Of a DNA stretch of 64,000 bases, positions 1 to 14,945 are shown piece by piece. The stretch lies in the NCBI RefSeq assembly GCF_009914755.1, contig NC_060925.1, one strand, 5' to 3'. The notes below the pieces were generated by a model. It was not told the origin of the DNA. It ran no database searches and worked only from the letters and a program-made list of their open reading frames with translations. Numbering within the stretch: the stretch's first letter is position 1; each line of letters starts with the position of its first letter. This DNA comes from the human T2T-CHM13v2.0 reference genome, Homo sapiens. Made by a program: the position numbers and the translations under genes.

Positions 1-728
1 ATCTCTGGAGTTCCCACTGTCACTCTGCAGTGTTCTGATGATTTATGGAAGGTTGGAGAGGTCACTCCTTTCTGTGTCAGCGCCTCTGCTGGAAAGCGAC
101 ACACCTTACGCTACAGCACATTAAACAGAAGCGTGTGCTCAGGCCCCGGCCGAGAGAGTTCGTCATCAGAGTCTCGGGCCCCAGCTTCATCCCCTGTGCG
201 TCAGGCTCTGTGACTGGCTCACCCCCCGCCAGCATTGCACCTTAATTACCGCACAGCTAGTAACACGAGACAGAGTCTGGGCCCTGTGGAGGTGGCAGGT
301 CTACGGGAACCAAAGACTTTGTCTGTGTAGCTGCTGCCTGTGACCCTCCTCACCTGCCCTCAGGAGGACAGCCTGTGTCCCGCCTTCAGGGCTGTGGCCC
401 TCACCCCCCGGTCCTGCCCAGTAGAGAGTCTCCAGGATTCCTCTCTGCACAGTGCTGAGGGCAGCCACAGCACAGACCTTTGACACAGAGCGCCCATTCC
501 TTGCCTCTGCACCAACTTCAGGGGTCAGCAAAGGGCTGTGCCAAGGAGTGAACAAGATCGGGTCTGCAGGGTGTGTCTCCCACTCTGCTTTTGCTTTTCC
601 TTCTTGCTGTTGTGCAGCCATTACTGTTCTCACATGTGGGCTTTCCCTTCCTTTCCAGCAGTAAGTGCTGACTCCCTGCTCACTCTCTGTCCCCCTCCAA
701 TGGCCACATCCTGGGATTGCTCAGAGAA

Positions 729-1106
<378 letters not shown>

Positions 1107-1208
1107 TGATGCCAGGTGCTATGCCCAGAGAGCCTGATCTAATTTGTCTAGGGTCAGAGGGCACCACCAGATCTCTAAGAGCTAACAAGTGATTCTAAAT
1201 GAGGATTT

Positions 1209-1816
<608 letters not shown>

Positions 1817-1976
1817 TTAAAAAATAGGAGTTGAGGAGCAAGCGTTTTCTAGTGGAAAGATGAACACATCAGCACATACAATGTGATGTGAGATGGCAGG
1901 ATGACATGATGTATGTTACACCCTCAGCTTGGGAGCACCTTACTGCCTGGGCCAGTCTGGGGCCAGTGGGCTACTA

Positions 1977-2171
1977 TCAGTACTTTCCAATAGAACCATG
2001 TGCTATGATGGGGATGCTCTACATCTGCCATTCAGTATATCAGCCACATTGTGGCAACTGGGCACTTGAAATATGACTAGTGTGAATTACAAGTTTAATT
2101 TCATTTCATTCTGGTGAATTTAAATGCAAATGGCCCTGGGTGCCCTGTAGCTAGCACATTAGACAGTACGG
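1977..2171. mobile_element. MER3-like hAT-Charlie MITE
   Basis: tccaatagaac...cagccaca..tgtggc..cacttgaaat...ttagacagtac resembles the MER3 consensus. Confidence 0.6.
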
Positions 2172-2896
2172 CTCAGATATTCCAGCTCACAAACCCACTG
2201 TGCGTGAGTCCTCTCTGAACCGATAGAAAGTGATGCTTTTTTGCATAGCGTGTGACACGGATGAGAAACGAGAGGGTAAGTAATATTTCCCAACTGAAAA
2301 TAGGGCCTGGTGCTTTGGAAGAGTGAGGTTTGTTATCTGGTTTCCGGCTGAGCCTTGGCAGACACACAGGAAATGAGAAAATTAATGGCCATGCCTTTTA
2401 AGAGTGGCAGCTCAAAAAAGCATTTCTTAAATATTTATGAACTTTATTTTACAAATTCAGATAATTGAAATGCAACAGAAGAACAAAACGGCAACTAGCT
2501 CTGTTGTTTGCCCAGCTGAATTAGTTTTTCTGGAATCCTGTGTAAAGTCTGCTTTACAGTAATTAAGCACACAATAGCAAGGAGGTTGTAAAAACATTCA
2601 GACATGATCTTTAACTGGGTGTCAGCAGACCATCCAGCATCCGCCAACACCTGCTGCCAGGGACAGTCTGGAACCCTTCTCCATACCAGCGTTGTCCCTC
2701 TTACTCAGGACTCTCCTCTTCACTGTGAGTGGGCGTCTCTGTGTACCACAGTTTCACACATCCTGGTGGTGTCCCCAGCCCCTGTGAGTGCAGGGACGGA
2801 ACAATGTGCTTCTTCCTGGCCCTCTCCATCCTGAACGCCATCTGCCTATGGGAAACACACACGGCTTCCTCTCTACACTCCACACCTTCCATACTC

Positions 2897-3767
2897 TGTG
2901 ACCCAGTGAATAGGAAAAAAGCTGCTTTTCCTCCTTTATACTCTCACAAAACTTCTCACCTCTGACACCAGCCCTGTGGGCTTTTCCCCCCACACCAAGC
3001 AATTCTCCAATTCTCCAATTCTCTGCGGACACTGAGTGTCATGCCTGTCAACTCAGTTCTGACACTGCCTACCCAGAGTTAGCACAGACCCCACGGGTTA
3101 TGGGCTTCCTCCCACAAGATGCTTCTACTCCAGATGCCAGTCACAAGTCCAAGTTGTCACCTGCTGTCTGACTGTAAATCAGGGCTCCCGCGACCTCGCC
3201 TTGAATTCATTCATTTGCAAGAATAGTTCATAGAACTCAGGAAAACGGTTTACTTCGTGGCTTACCTGTTCATTAGGAAAGACTGAAACCCAGGAGCAGC
3301 TGGACGGGAGAGATGCATAGCACGCGGTGTGGAGGTGGGGTGTTGGAGCTTCCACGCCCTCTCCAGGTGTGCCGCTCTCCCAGCGCCTCCGCATGTCCGG
3401 CAGCCACATCCCGGAGTGCAAGGACTTTGACGGAGGCCTCATCACATGGGCATGATCTCCAGCTCCTCTTCCCTTCCCAGAGGATGGGGTGGCGGGGGAC
3501 TGACGGTTTCAAGCTTCTCAGCATAACCTGGTCTTTCTGGTGACCAGCCCCGTCCAGGAGCCCATTAGAGTTGCTTCATTAGAACAAGACACTCCCATCA
3601 CCCAATAAATTGCAAGGGAGTAGGAGCTGTTTGTTGGGAACCGGGGTCAAAGACCAAACACTAGAATGAAAGATGCTCCTAAAACCCCTGTGGCTCAGGA
3701 AATGACAAGGGTTTTAGGAGCCTTGTGATTGTGCCAGAGACCAAATAATTATTTTTATGATGTCACA
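2897..3767 (-). mobile_element. MER21-family LTR
   Basis: TG...CA termini; reverse complement starts tgtgacatcat..tttggtctctg..gctcctaaaacccttg as in MER21. Confidence 0.7.
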
Positions 3768-4313
3768 CTGTCCTAGAGTATGGGTGACGTGAGTGCCTGT
3801 GGGTGCTTGGAAGAGCTGGCTGGAACTCACCCATGTTGAATGACAGCATCATAGAATGTTGGGATTCGACTCAGGGTCGGGTGGCCTTCCCCAGAGAAGG
3901 TGGCCGGCAGGGGTGGGTGGGTCAGGGCTGCCTCCATGCCGTGTTTGGAATGCTACAGTGCACAGGCCAAGCAGGTGCTTCTACTCTAGGACTCTTCAGA
4001 GCCTTTAATAGACTGAATTTCCGAGAGATAAACACAGCACAAAGTCTGTTTCCCAAATTCATTTGACCTAGAATCCGTCTTTCCTAGGATTCCTCACAGA
4101 GTAGAATGTGAGGAACACTAATTAAAAGGTGAGAAAATGGAAGACCCGGGAAGTGAGCAGGCTTGCCCAAGCCTCCCTCCCTGTTAGGGGAGGAGGAAGT
4201 CTTCAGACAGGTGAAGGTGTCTTCACTGATTCCTAGACGGGTGTCCGTGCCTCTGCATCCCCTCTGCTGATGCTGAGAGCTGGAGATGGTGCATCCCGCC
4301 AGTGGTTGTATAA

Positions 4314-4670
<357 letters not shown>

Positions 4671-5884
4671 GCATCTTCACCTTTTAATGTTTTTCTAATG
4701 ACGGACTGTTTGTTCCAACATGATACAGATACTAGACAGTGAGGCTTCTTTAAACACTATTTGTTCCTTTCCTTACCTCTGTTTCCAAGAACCAAGAAAA
4801 AAACAGTGTCTTCATAGCACATAATAGTGCCTGAAGTTGCAGAATACATTTATTTGTGTGTCTTTCATGTTCCCCACTAGAAAGGGAGCCTGGCTCTGTG
4901 ACAGCGCCGGTGTCATACAGGTGTGCAGCAGGTGGTCATGGGACAGACCGATAGAAAGACAGACAGACAGACGGAGGGGAGGGCCACTGCAGCGTGCTGG
5001 GGCTTAGAGAGGAAGGGGATGGAAGTGGATAGTGAGTCCCTGTGGGGTTTTAAACTGGAAAGGGCCTTGCTGCCCCTCGATATTAAGGGGTGTTCATCCC
5101 TTTGAGTGGGACAAATGGAGAGTGATGGTCAGAAGCCTCACCTTCCAGTCCCTGCTGTGGCCCTGCCTGGAACAGGCTCCGGCCTCCTCTGCCACCTGGG
5201 ACCATGTCTCATTTAGTATCCAAAATGGTTGTCCTCTCACCCTGTCACAGCCTTTAACTTGTGTGTGTTTGTACATATATGTGTGTGTTTGTTTGTTAAC
5301 ATCATGGTGTGTTATTTAAACACTCTCTAGCTCAGTTTTCTCATCTATAAAATGAGAATAATAATAGCCCTCATGGAGCTGTTGTATAAAGGGCTTAAAA
5401 TAATGCTTGGCACATAGCACCCCATTAAATTTAGCTGTAATGTATTCAAAGAAATTCATAGATCTATTCCTCCGGTTTTCAGAGGGCTTCATGAGCACCC
5501 ATAGATCAATTAGCATTCACTTAGGAGGCTATACACGATATATTTTGCTTACATATGCAATGTGTTATTTACTACAGTTCACATTCATCAATGCTGTTTG
5601 CAGGCCATACCTGCATGAGGGCAGAGTCATTCCAAAATAGCATGGGTGGACCAGTTGCCAACTGTCTACCTGGTGTATAACCAAGCTTGTGCCACAGTTT
5701 TTACAGCTCACATTGAATTATAGAAAAATGAACAAGGCAGTCTAACTTGTATTTGGGGCTAAAATAGTTAATAGTTTTATTTTAGTTACTGAGGTCCTCA
5801 AAGCACTTCTGCACATCACTCAGCCAACTTACTGCTCAGTTGTGAGGTTCTCCCACATCTCTGATGTTATAAATTTGCCCTTAG

Positions 5885-6190
<306 letters not shown>

Positions 6191-6504
6191 TGATTAACCC
6201 AGACCAGGGTAGCCACGGCCTGCGCCCTCTTGCTCTGTGCTGCCTCTCAAAGCATCCATCTCTGCGTGTACTTATGTGTTCTTTTGCATCACTGTGAATA
6301 ATGTCTAGCTGCCCTATTAGACTTAAGCCACAAACCTAATGTTGCTTATTTCTGATTATATTCTCATTCTCTTCCCTATGCCGCTGAAAATTTAAAGAGA
6401 AATTATCTACTTTTGTTTATTCATCAAATACTTTTTTCTATTTCAATTTACAAAAATTCTAAATGATTAATGTTCACATGGATGGTACTCGATACATAAT
6501 GCAA

Positions 6505-7705
6505 GTGTGTGTGTCTATGTGTGTATATATGTGAGCATATATATACACACATATATACACACCACATATATATACATGCTACATATATACATATATACAT
6601 GCCACATATATACATATATACACGCCACATATATACACATATATACATGCCACATATATACGTATATATATACACACCACATATATATACATGTATACAC
6701 ACCACATATATATACATATATATACACACCACATATACATATATACACACCACATATACATATACCTGCCACATATATACATATATAAACACCACATATA
6801 TATACATATGCATGCCACATATATGCATATGTAAACACCGCATATATACATATATACACACCACATGTATACGTATATATAGATGCCACATTTATACATA
6901 TATAAACGCCACATATATATACACACCACATATGTATACATATATATACATGCCACATATACATCTATAAACACCACATGTATACACGCCACATATATAC
7001 ATATGTAAACACCACATATATACACACCACATATATATACACGCCACATATATACATATATACAAACACCACATATATATACATATACACACACACACCA
7101 CAGATACATACATATATATACATGCCACATAGATATACATATATAAACGCCACATATATATACATATAAACACACCATATATATACATATAGATACATGC
7201 TACATTTATATAAACACCACATATATATACGCCACATAGATATACAAGCACAACATATATACATGCCACATGTATACATATGTAAACACCACATATATAT
7301 ACACACCACATATACACACCACATATATATATACAAACACCACATATATATACATATATACATACACCACAGATATATACATATATATACATGCCACATA
7401 TATATACAAATATACATGCCACATATATACATGTATATACATGCCACATAGATATACATATATAAATGCCACAGATATATACATATATAAACACCACATA
7501 TATACATAGACACCACAGATATATACATATATACATGCCACATATATATACGTATATATACATGCCACATATATATACGTATATATACATGCCACATATA
7601 TATACATATATAAACACATATATACATATATAGACACCACAGATATATACATATATATACACACCACATATATATACATATATACACACACACACATATA
7701 CACAC
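6505..7705. repeat. ~1.2 kb TA/CA-rich minisatellite in the last GALNT2 intron
   Basis: Recurrent ~22-28 bp units (CACCACATATATACATATATA / ATGCCACATATA); source of many YI/CV-rich pseudo-ORFs. Confidence 0.95.
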
Positions 7706-9619
7706 AGTTTCTTTAAACATTTCAGAATAGACTTTCTACCTGCCTTGTAAGCCGGTTTTCTCTGACGTATTCCCTTGTGGCAGCTTGTGGACACACCCTT
7801 TCTCAAGGCATGGGGTAACAGTTAGTGTCAGGAATAGAAATGCAAGCACAAAAGGTCCTCCCTGTATGCCCATACTTGGAGTGCCTGCCCCTGTTCTTAC
7901 AGTCGGTCCTTAGAGATAGATGGGATGTAGGGAAACTGAGGCACAGAACCTACTGGAGCCAAGAGCCTAAGCCAGCTTCTAGTCTAACCCTGATTTCACA
8001 ACAGAAAAGTCTCAGAAAGTCATTGCCTCCACCCTGGAGTCATCTGGGAAGACCAAGGCCAGGACCGAGTCCCCGGTTCTGACCCCAGTTGTCAGGGAGA
8101 CGCCTGCAGAGGGCCCTCTTTCACCTGTCTGTCTCCAAACCCCTGCGCCAGCTCTGGGTGCTCCTCCTTCCCTGCTCTGCAGAGTCCCAGCCTGTCCTGG
8201 CAGTGGGAGCCCCTCTCTAGGGTTCTGCTCACAATCCGCATCTCTAAATGTCCATCTGTGTTGATGACTTGATACCAAAATGTGTAAGGGAGTGCCTGTT
8301 AAACAAGAGAAGGCTAGCACCGCTTGGACCCAAACCACCTAGAAATTGCCTCACTCATTGGCCCCTCGAGAGGAAGCTCCTCGAGGGCAAGGCTGGCATC
8401 TGCTGAGCCAAGTACTGGGTGAGTCTCAAACACATTCCCCTGGGATGTAACGGAGCAGAGATGTCTTTGGATGTAATGGATTGATAAAGTGATGACTTTA
8501 GTTGACACCTTTTTAAAAAACAAATATTACTTCAATATTGCTTAATTTCAAGAATTGACAGGTGTTTCTGCTTCAGTCCCAGTTTTGGGGAACCATAACT
8601 GACACGCCTTAGGACCTTTGTGAAGCATGAAAAGACCTATAAATAATAAGTTTTTCTGGATGTATGGCATGTATAAATGGGGATCTGTTAGGTTTTAAAC
8701 CCCAAGACTCAGGCTATTAGAGAGGATGTGGGGGCTGTTTCAGTAGAGTCTGACTGCCTTGAAAATCTGCGCTCCCCACCCCCAACCACAATCCCATCAG
8801 ACAGACAGATCAGAGCCCACAAGGCCACCTGTGCGAGACGGAGCTGGGGTTTTGTTGTTGTTTTTCTAAGGTTCTTGATTTAGCTGATGCTTTGACACAT
8901 GACAGGCAGTCCCTCCAGTGGCCAGAATCAGATTCCGTTCATTCCGAATTCTTTGTTGAGAAGATTCCTGGCTGCTCAGAGTAACAGGGCAGCCTCAATA
9001 CATACACACTTTACATGACAATGGGGAAAAACAGCATGAGGGGTGATTGACAGCAACGAGGGAGCTGGAAATGAAAGAGGCAACGACAGGCACTTAGCAA
9101 AAGCCTCCCCGGCTCCTCTGATTGCACTGTCTTTCCCTGCTGGCAAGAACTCCAGGTGAGCAGGTGGACGGAAATAAGGAAAGCAGGGTACAAGTGACAA
9201 CATCCTTGTGGTGTTTCGCGCAGGTCGGGTCCCCAGCACTGGGCTCCTCTGCCTGCACCGGCTCCTCCCTGCCTCACTCACTGGCCCCTCAAGAGGAAGC
9301 TCCTTAGCAAATTTTATCTTGGAACTGAACTGGCTTTGCCAGTTGGAACATTTGGTTTCCAGGCACGTCCATGTTTTCATATGTTGTGCATATTTGCAGA
9401 GTCAAAGGGGAAAGGGAGGCAGGAGTGAGAAAATTTAATTCTGCAATGTCAAAAGGATTTGCAAAAAATACTTAGGTGAAGGAGCTTTCGTGCACACAGT
9501 ATAAAAAATTAATTAGAACCACAGACTTCATTATTTGAAACAAGAGCTTTGGGGAAGAAAAAAATGTTACTTTTTTTTTTTAAGAACAAACATTAGAGAT
9601 TTTTAAAGGGGGATTTTTC

Positions 9620-9945
9620 TGTTTTTCTTTCTTTTTTTTTTTTTTTTTAAGAGACAGGATCTCACTCTGTTGCTTAAGACTGGAGTGCAGGGGTGGGTAT
9701 GACCATAGCTCACTGCAGCCTCGAACTCCTGTGCCCAAGCGATCCTCCCACCTCAGCCTGCAAGGAGCTAGGACAACAGGCATGCACCACCATGCCCTGC
9801 TAATTTTTTTTAAAAAAAATGTTTGTAGAGATGGGTTCTTGCTATGTTGCCCAGGCTGGTCTTGAACTCCTGGCCTCAAGCGATCTTCCTGCCTCGGCCT
9901 CCCAAAGTGCTGGGATTAGTGTCGTGAGCCGCCTGCACTCAGGCT
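9620..9945 (-). mobile_element. AluJ
   Basis: Alu consensus with T-tail. Confidence 0.85.
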
Positions 9946-10752
9946 GAAAGGGGTATTTATGTTACTTGCTAAACAGGGCTCCTCAGATTTCCTTCAGGCT
10001 GGGTTGTGCACTTTGATTCTGGCTTAGTTGGTGGGTAACGGGTATGTGGGTTGAGTTTGGTTGTTCGCTTGATTTGAGTGTTAGTAAAGAGGCATCGTAC
10101 CCTGTACTTTACAAGCGGCATGTTCAGAACTCAGCAAACATTGGTCCCTGCCATACAGAGCACCAGGGGGCTCAAGGGTAGCAGAGACAAGTTTCTCATA
10201 TCCACCAAGGAGCTTGCACACCAGTAGAGAACAGACTACATAGAAATAGGCTTCTCAATGCTATGTTCTGTTCAAACAACCATCTCTCTTCCTGACATTT
10301 GGCCTGACACCGTTCCTCTGGCTCCCCCGAGCAGAAAGCCCTAAGTGGGAGCATGGAGGTGCCCAGACCAAGGCCTCCAGGCAGGGCTGCTTTCCAACAG
10401 CCAGGGGAGGATCTGGCCCTGCATTGTGTGGATCCCTTCTTGGGGTGAACCATCACTGGATCAAGCTTTCATACGAAGGCATGCAAATTCCCCTACATCA
10501 AATCCTGTGTTAATGACGAAGGGGTGGGTGCCCAGAGCTCTGGGGCTCAGAGGAGGGGACACCCACAGAAAGTTTGGGGCAGGAGACGTTCTGAGTTTTG
10601 ATCCAAGGCAGAGAATATGTTTCCTTCCTGGGTCCCAGCAGCACCTGTGGCTGGTTTCCTGTGGGGCTGCTGCAAGCTCCTCGGCCGTTCAGATGAGAGG
10701 CTGGGAAAAACGTGTCTATCTGTGAGTTTTTAATGCAGCCACAAGGTCCTGA

Positions 10753-10977
<225 letters not shown>

Positions 10978-12006
10978 GAGGGTCCGGGAGGCCCTGCCGT
11001 CCTGTCTCCTGCACCATTGGGTGGAGTCTGGTGATCACATTATTGATTATGTTTCTTAAACTTTCTGCGAAACTAATATACCTCAGTATTCCATCATGGT
11101 CTGAAAGTCAAACTTCGGCAAGGCACGGACGACTGTGCAGACACAGCAGCGGCAAGAAGCGAGAACTGCCCTCCCCCTCCTCTCGGTGCAGCCCAGCCGG
11201 GCCCCCTTCCCCAGGCCGGAGCGCCCCTCTTCCTTCCAGCTTTCACTTCTGCCGGCTCCGCAACTGAGTGACACCCAGCGACAACCGACTGGGGAGTGGT
11301 AGAAGCAACTGAACGGATGCGTGCGAGCTGAGGACAGGGCGGGAGGAGGGGGCACACATGCCCCAGGGGAGCGAGGAGAACTCTTGAAATCTCCATTTTC
11401 AATCCCTTCGAAATCACGTATGGTTTCCACAAAGCCGAGTCGTGTCACGTGGCAGGTTTACGTCAATAGTCCCTCTCTCTGCTCCTCCATTCGCAAGTGT
11501 CTTCCTGGGCCAGACTCCCCTCCACCTCATGTACTTGCTATATTGAGGATGAAGTTTTCTATGGTGGGACACTAAATATAAAGCTATATAGAGAAAGAAT
11601 GTACGGTCAGTTCCCTATGGTTTCTGTAGATCATCGTCATCTTGTATATTCCCCACAAAGCCGTTCGCAGCTTCCGGGAGAAGGGGCCAGAGCCCGTTGG
11701 GGCCAGTTTCTCACAGAGGGAGGAGGTGGCCTTTGTCCCCTGGAGCCCGATCAGCCAGTTGGTGCTACTGCTGTGGCCAGCTGGGGGGCTTCCTCCAGAC
11801 CACCGGCCTCGGCCCCGGCATCCCTGTTGGGCGTCAGCCTGAGAGTCCCTACTGTGCGTCAGAATCCACCTTGCGTGCTGTGTGTATCTGTGAACCTGGA
11901 GCGGTTACTTATTTTGACAGATATCACTTTGGGTCTTTTTACATTAAATTTCTTTTCTCTAAGGAATATAAGACATACCCCATAGCTCTGTGTGAGCCAG
12001 CAATAC

Positions 12007-12025
12007 CGCTGCCCCCTGGCGACAG
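12007..12025 (-). promoter_or_regulatory. Candidate CTCF site
   Basis: Minus strand CTGTCGCCAGGGGGCAGCG closely matches the CTCF core CC(A/G)CCAGGGGGC(A/G)G; motif evidence only. Confidence 0.5.
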
Positions 12026-13617
12026 GGCAGACCAATGATGCCAGGCAGCTGTCACACGCTAGTATTGGCTTCATTGTGATCTGAGCCCTGCACGCTGGGC
12101 CTTCAGAATTAATGGCCAGCAGTGTCAGGGATGAGCCCGTCAGCCAGGGCACAGGCCTGGCTCACAGTCCTGCACACCTGCTGGCCTGGGGAGCTCCAGC
12201 CAGGCAGCGAGTCCTGCCCCGCCCGCAGCTCCCTCCCACACCCCGCCTGGCCAAGATGACTGCTTCAGGGGGCTTTGGGGAAAGAATTAGGAAGGGTCAG
12301 AACCAAACAATACCTGCTCATTTACACTGAGGATTCAGGGCGGGAGACAGGAGCCTTGGGGTCCTGTTAAACCACAGACAGTTATGAACTGAAAGTCATA
12401 ACGGGGAGAGGTGCCTGGCTTCTACCTGGGTGCTCAGGAATGTTCCTCGTCACCCCTGCCACTCTGTGGTCGGTGCCCTGCTTCCTCCTCCACTCCTGGC
12501 CGCCTTCTCCAGCGCCGCACACACAGATGCTCGGTCTCAGAGAGGCTGGCACGGCCTGGCAGTCTGAGAAAAGCGTCAGTTAGGCACACCTGCAGGCCCC
12601 TCGGTGGGACAGCGGCGGCCTTGGAGTTAGGAGCCACCCTGGGAGGTTGTGCCGGTGCCATGCTCCTCCCTGTGTCTTGTATGAAAGGGGCCACTGTGTG
12701 TCTTCCTCCCCGGCGGGAGCCCCACGTGTGTGCACTGTAGGACAGCGGCCCCGAGGTGGAAGCCTGGCTGGAGGGCTGCCCTATAGGTCTTCTCTTCCCG
12801 CCTCCCCTGCCATGCAACCAGATGTGTTCTGAGTGGGCAGCGTGCCCCCACGCTGGAGTAACTCCGCACGCTTCTGTCTTTCACGGTGGGCGCTCGGGGG
12901 GAGCCTGAGGAAAACCCCCTTAGGTACCTGTGCGAGGCTGTGGAGTGCAGGCCAGAGCAGGGTGTGCGTAGCCCCCAGCACCCAGGTTCTTCTGTCAGAC
13001 CCTGTGACCTGCGAGCTGCTACTACTGTAAGGAGGGAAATGGATGAATCTGGCTCGTTTTAAAATCACGTTTTCTGACGAATCCTTTGCCCCTTCACCTT
13101 TGCCCCGCCCGCACCCCTAGGCCCTCTCAGCCTTCCTATCATCCCACGTGTCTACCCAGACCCTTGTGCGGCCCATGCCCCGGGGGCGGCGTCCTGTCCC
13201 TGAGCTGGGAGGCGGCTTTGGATGGTCCGGGCGTCAAGAGCAGGGGTGGGCCGGGGAGGGGTCCTTTGCGGTGAGCTATGTTTACATGACACAGTGTGCC
13301 AAAGTGACTTACTGCGGTTGCGTTAGTTTCTAGTCATCAGGACTATCTCACCCTCCCACTCCTGTTTTTAAAACTCAGAATTCTTTCCTAAGAGCCCTTC
13401 GAGCAAAGCGTGCCGAAGTTAGTTGTCTTCTCTGTGGTGGTCCTTTCTTATGTCCTCATAAAAGCTCAGATGATGGTATCTGTGAGTATGTTTTGCAAAT
13501 TCAAAATATAGTTTGGTAATTTTTTTTTCCAGTTGATTTTTAAAAAGAACTGCTGTACAGAGCTTGTACTTTGTCCATTTTATAGATGGAAACCATCCTT
13601 GAAAATTGTTTAACTTA

Positions 13618-13623
13618 AATAAA
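13618..13623 (+). terminator. GALNT2 polyadenylation signal AATAAA
   Basis: Canonical hexamer, upstream TGTA elements (13554, 13565), downstream T/GT-rich tract. An ATTAAA at 11943-11948 is a weaker proximal candidate. Confidence 0.85.
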
Positions 13624-14105
13624 GAGAAGATACTTTCTAGATACCGCTCTTTGCTGGCCAGAGTCTGTCCTGGTGTGTGAGGGCTGGGTGGGGTGGGTGT
13701 GGGGACTGGGATTGGGGTCAGCCTTCTGCAGCTCCTGCTCAGTGGCTGTTTCTTATCACCTTTTGCAGATGTGCTTTTATTGCTGTGCCCTTTGGTTGGT
13801 TATTCTTACTTGTAATAATAATCATTATCATTTGTGGAGTGTTTATGATGTGCCAGGCACCCAGCCAAGCCCTTAAATACATTTGCATTTTACAGCCACA
13901 GGGGAAGCTGGTGAAGGAAGTTGCTAGCCTGCTCAAGGTCACGTCCTTCCTGTGTACCTGCCTGGAGCCAGCCCTTGGCACTCGCACCCAGACCCTGTGC
14001 TCCAAACCAGGGGACAAATATTTTTACAGTTTTTCAAGTAGTTAAGATTTATAGACTTGTTTACCAGTTACCTGGGGCTCATCGGTTCCATCCAGGCGTC
14101 TCTGA

Positions 14106-14945
<840 letters not shown>

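Larger units (their letters stand above)
10978..13645 (+). other. GALNT2: GALNT2 3'UTR (~2.7 kb, GC/CpG-rich, no Alu)
   Basis: Runs from the stop to a U-rich terminal segment with AATAAA at 13618, followed by GT-rich sequence; the end coordinate is estimated. Confidence 0.85.

Noticed and set aside
6448-7806. Long ORFs (up to 304 aa) rich in Y/I/C/V/H, also at 47150-47754 and 63229-63991
   Set aside because: Translations of stop-poor tandem repeats, open in several frames on both strands.
10160-10173. Weaker CTCF-like motifs (10160, 46690, 59105)
   Set aside because: Each has mismatches at informative positions.
11418-11663. TATGGTTTC and CCACAAAGCCG each recurring in the GALNT2 UTR
   Set aside because: Matches are short and not colinear in spacing; insufficient evidence.
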